10,849 nucleotides of DNA from Candidatus Methylomirabilis sp. GTDB taxonomy: Bacteria; Methylomirabilota; Methylomirabilia; Methylomirabilales; Methylomirabilaceae. Each line of letters opens with the position of its first letter. Within the stretch, counting starts at the first letter, position 1. Location: contig JBGQJI010000082.1 of NCBI GenBank assembly GCA_041498975.1, positions 1 through 10,849 on the forward strand, in the 5' to 3' direction. Positions 7,987 to 10,849 of the stretch are shown here, in pieces. A program made the translations under genes and the position numbers. The notes below the pieces were generated by a model. That model was given only the letters and a program-made list of their open reading frames with translations, made no database searches and was not told where the DNA came from.

Positions 7987-8020
7987 GGTTCAAAAGGCGC
8001 AAAACCTCAAAGCGAGACGC

Positions 8021-9151
8021 CTAGCGCGCGCAGCGGAACCCGATGTCTTGTTCCTGAATATTCGGGGAGGCAGTGCTGCTCACGAAAAAGACTCCGGCGC
8101 CGGTGCCGTCGACCCAGGCGCCGCCCCGACGCAATGCGCCTGGGAGGGAATCGTTGCTGCCCACGTCGCCGATGGCACTGCGATCGTTCCCGAACCCCGC
8201 GGGGAACCAAACGGTGGCGCCGTCCGCTCGAGCGCCCCAGTCGCCCACCCACTCAGAGACATTCCCCACCATGTCGAAGGCCCCCCACTTCGACACGCAG
8301 GCCGAGCGAGAGCCGGTGTTGACCACACCAGTCACAGGGGTGATGTTGCAGTCTGTCGTGAGGTTATCGGTGCCCGGATCGGGAGTGCCAGCTGCCGCCG
8401 CCTGCCACTCCTGGTTAGTCAGGAGGCGCTTGCCGGAGAGCCGGCAGGCCTGCTCGGCTTGGAACCAGGAGGCGCAGGCGCTGGGGAGTATCCCCGGGAT
8501 GGAGACCGCGTAGAGGGGTGCCGTCCAGTTGCCGGTCACGGGGAAGGTCGAGGGGTAATCGGTGTTGCTGCAGGAATTGGTTCCCACGGCGCCCTGCTGC
8601 GTCGCCCCGTCAGTCATCAGGTCGGCCAGGGTCGCCTTGCCGTCCTGCACCATCTTGATCAGGCCTGTCTGCTCCGCCGGGATGGCCCAGACGCTCGCCT
8701 CGTACTTGTCGATGCAGGTCGTACCCGTCAGCACCGAATCAGGTGGGCACGTGATCGGGAACGCGGGCCCGGGAGGGCCAGCCACGCCCTGGGGGCCCGT
8801 GGGACCCTGCGGGCCCTGGACCCCCGCCTGGTTCCAGTCGAGGGGCGTCTCCTTGGCCCCGATACAGGTCTGGCAGGCGCCGACGATGCGGAGCGTGCCC
8901 CTGGCGGGTTCATAACAGGCGTGGATGAGGCTCGTGTCGCAGCCATGGGCCTGGACGAGCAGGGCCGTGCCGCCGACGAGCAGCGCGGTGACGACCGCGG
9001 CAATGAGGCCGGTCACAACATGGGGGGTGACCAGCCCCGTCAGGACGTGCAAAAGACCGCTCCCGTCATTCTCGGCGCCACTGGTGCTCAGTCCCATAGG
9101 GCCGGAGGGGGAAAACCCCACTACGCTCCACAGGAATTTCTTCGCTTTCAT
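8021..9151 (-). CDS. Exported protein with a short collagen-like repeat and a C-terminal FGE-sulfatase/CLec-fold domain (SUMF1/EgtB/PvdO-like, DGR-target-like)
   Basis: RBS GGGGAGG before the ATG. A hydrophobic segment ends in VQA|HG, followed by seven Gly-X-Y triplets (GVQGPQGPTGPQGVAGPPGPA). FGE-type motifs are CIDKYEAS, GKRLLTNQEWQAAA, FDMVGNVSEWV, RGGAW and terminal IGFRCAR. Confidence 0.88.
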   Translation of the reverse strand: MKAKKFLWSVVGFSPSGPMGLSTSGAENDGSGLLHVLTGLVTPHVVTGLIAAVVTALLVGGTALLVQAHGCDTSLIHACYEPARGTLRIVGACQTCIGAKETPLDWNQAGVQGPQGPTGPQGVAGPPGPAFPITCPPDSVLTGTTCIDKYEASVWAIPAEQTGLIKMVQDGKATLADLMTDGATQQGAVGTNSCSNTDYPSTFPVTGNWTAPLYAVSIPGILPSACASWFQAEQACRLSGKRLLTNQEWQAAAAGTPDPGTDNLTTDCNITPVTGVVNTGSRSACVSKWGAFDMVGNVSEWVGDWGARADGATVWFPAGFGNDRSAIGDVGSNDSLPGALRRGGAWVDGTGAGVFFVSSTASPNIQEQDIGFRCAR

Positions 9152-9200
9152 CTGTCTTTCCTCCCCATACCCATAAAATTGTTTAAGGCTCTTCAGATGC

Positions 9201-9252
9201 TGTCGTGCTCATTCCCAGTCATGTCAAAGCTCTCTAAGAACAGCACCTCCTC
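9201..9252 (-). repeat. 52-bp direct repeat, upstream copy (paired with 7935-7986)
   Basis: 42/52 identity to 7935-7986. It lies 50-100 bp upstream of the 9151 start and contains TTGACA. Confidence 0.75.
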
Positions 9253-9325
9253 CATGAGACAATCCTAGGTTTCTGGACTTTTTTCTAGTGTTTCGCCACA
9301 CACTCGTATACTGTCCGGAACATCT

Positions 9326-9748
9326 TCACGGGGTCGCGAAAACGCTTATCGGGCACGCCAAGCGGCTGCGCGCCGTGGCGCCGATGCTGTCGGCAAACGT
9401 CGTGCTCAAGGCACCCGGCCCGTTGCTGGTAGAAGGGAGGATGATGATCGCGCTGAAGAGCGCCGTGGAACCGAACGCCACTCCACTTTGGTCCTGCCGA
9501 AAGCCGATCTGTGTGATCGTCCCGGAGCCGACCTCGGAGGCGCGGTACACCTCTTGGACACGAATGACTTGTGGAGAGACTACACGATAGCCAAAGGGAA
9601 AGGCATTGTTCCTGTTTCCCTCTGCGTTTGTCTGAGCGTTCGGGGCGACCACCTGAACGGTCCCGCCAACTGCAGGGACGACGCTCAGCAACACAGCGAT
9701 GAACCCCAGCCACCCGAGCACCCACCCAGTTCTTGTCGCGCTTCGCAT
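9326..9748 (-). pseudogene. Secreted protein, probably C-terminally truncated
   Basis: ATG at 9748 with RBS GAGGAGGG and a signal peptide (MRSATRTGWVLGWLGFIAVLLSVVPAVG). The mature sequence (APNAQTNAEGNRNNAFPF...QEVYRASE...ITQIGFRQD...LSTTFADSIGA) looks like an extracellular beta-rich domain and becomes non-protein-like near 9380. Confidence 0.55.
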
Positions 9749-9842
9749 GGCCCGTTCCCTCCTCGTTATTGGTCGTACGCGCTCAAGCTTTCTCCCGCAA
9801 GACCACAGAGATGCCCACGACACGAACGCTTCTTCCGGCACT

Positions 9843-9888
9843 AAAACACGAACGCCCTCTCAGGCCGAACGAGACCCGAGGGGGCGTT
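9843..9888 (-). terminator. Terminator/attenuator-like hairpin in the leader of the 9748 gene
   Basis: Minus-strand AACGCCCCCTCGGGTC-TCGTTC-GGCCTGAGAGGGCGTT forms a 16-bp stem with 1 mismatch and 2 G-U pairs, followed by CGTGTTTT. Confidence 0.5.
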
Positions 9889-9973
9889 GCTAGGTAGCGC
9901 GCCGACCGAATTGCAAGGGATGGCGGAAGTCTTATGGTCACCCCGGGTGCATCACGATCACCTATACGGGGCG

Positions 9974-10002
9974 AGCATGTCGACGGCTACCCGGGATGTC
10001 AA
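9974..10002 (-). promoter_or_regulatory. Putative sigma-70 promoter
   Basis: Minus strand TTGACA-N17-CATGCT, about 30 bp inside site A4 and pointing into the module. Confidence 0.5.
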
Positions 10003-10034
10003 GCTTTTTCTGGAACCCCTCCCCCGATCATGGG

Positions 10035-10063
10035 AGTGTAGGTTACAATCACTAATCTACACC
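10035..10063. repeat. Simple palindromic putative recombination site A4
   Basis: AGTGTAGGTTA-CAATCAC-TAATCTACACC, 17/18 identical to the core shared by A1 and A3. Confidence 0.75.
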
Positions 10064-10533
10064 AGCCATGCTATGGCCGACCTGACTAGACAGACCGTGA
10101 GCGATGGAAAGGCAAGAACCGGGGACGGCTCGGTGGGGATTCTGATATGCCACTGCAGCGGGTGTTGTGGCTGTAAAGAATTAGCAGAAATTAGTGGAGC
10201 ACATGTCACAGTGTAAAGAACTCACACGGGCTTTTCGATTTGTGTTCAAGTAGAAGTGATCCAGGGGCGCCACAGGGGTCGGCTGACGGTGCCTCCACGT
10301 TGAACACGGGCACGGTGCCCGTGGCATGGCGACCCGCTGCACCAGGCGCAGGAGGTCCTGCACTACGGGATAGGGCTTCACGACGCAAGCTCCCAGCGCA
10401 CCGCACCTAGGGAATTGGCAAACCCATCACGAGAAATCCGGTACTTAGCCCCTAATTGGTGTCCGGTACCTTTTTGCGCGGGTCCGGGCCGCGGCCTGAC
10501 CATCCACGACGGGGGAGCAACACCACTTCATGC

Positions 10534-10848
10534 TCAGCCGCGGTGTCCCGTAGGATCGTCGGCGGGACAGAGACTCCCCTCCTCGCGTTCCCACTCGAAG
10601 TGACGGCGCGTCCGAAGGACGTAGTCCGCAAGTGGGAAGACCACGTTGAGGTTCTTCGCGTGCATCCGGTGGTGCCCGCGATGGTGAGCATCCAACCACT
10701 GGAAGACCTTGGTCCTTTCGATCCACCGCTTCTTCCGCACGTGCATGCACCAGTGGCCGTACTCATAGAGAAAATAGTAAAGGCCGAGGATCGCCACACC
10801 AGCCCACAGCACTGGCACACCGCTCAGTATCTCCACGCCCCACAACAC
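10534..10848 (-). CDS. Fatty acid hydroxylase / sterol desaturase family protein (C-terminal part; 5' end is outside the window)
   Basis: A hydrophobic helix is followed by His boxes YEYGHWCMH and HHRGHH and a terminal NLNVVFPLADYVLRT motif, typical of the FA_hydroxylase di-metal membrane family. Confidence 0.8.
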   Translation of the reverse strand: MLWGVEILSGVPVLWAGVAILGLYYFLYEYGHWCMHVRKKRWIERTKVFQWLDAHHRGHHRMHAKNLNVVFPLADYVLRTRRHFEWEREEGSLCPADDPTGHRG

Positions 10849-10849
10849 C

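Noticed and set aside
7800..8020. DGR template repeat, avd or reverse transcriptase next to the CLec gene
   Set aside because: I found no AAC-rich copy of the gene's 3' end and no RT motifs anywhere in the window.
7793..9268. 491-aa plus-strand ORF
   Set aside because: Antisense shadow of the well-supported 8021..9151 gene in GC-rich DNA, with no recognisable motifs.
1435..10063. CRISPR array
   Set aside because: The repeats are 1.4-3.9 kb apart rather than separated by 30-40 bp spacers, and there are no cas genes.
10454..10475. REP-like imperfect palindrome AATTGGTGTCCGGTACCTTTTT
   Set aside because: Single copy in the window and no associated transposase, so it cannot be supported.

Overview
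GC-rich accessory region built as a patchwork of unrelated modules, mostly on the minus strand. Intact-looking genes are a secreted hypothetical protein (130-768), a 1075-aa ORF joining a Rossmann-type domain to a long-chain acyl-CoA synthetase (1632-4859), a 45-aa membrane protein, a collagen-like/FGE-sulfatase (CLec-fold, DGR-target-like) surface protein (8021-9151), and the 3' end of a fatty-acid hydroxylase/sterol desaturase gene at the right edge. The 1075-aa ORF lies downstream of a sigma-54 promoter and a GEMM-I-like riboswitch. Truncated genes include an RCC1-repeat protein, an IS1202/ISNCY-type transposase with its left end, a nucleoside hydrolase and a secreted protein. The most notable feature is a family of short palindromic sites between the modules, each with 11-bp inverted arms and a conserved asymmetric spacer. 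Type A (7-bp spacer) is at 1435, 5313, 6759 and 10035. Type B (8-bp spacer) is at 1470 and 5349. The A+B pairs form 65-66 bp four-arm imperfect palindromes. They resemble tyrosine-recombinase (Xer/dif-like or attC-analogous) sites but lack integron core motifs, which suggests a non-canonical cassette/module array. No recombinase is visible in the window, so this model is inference.
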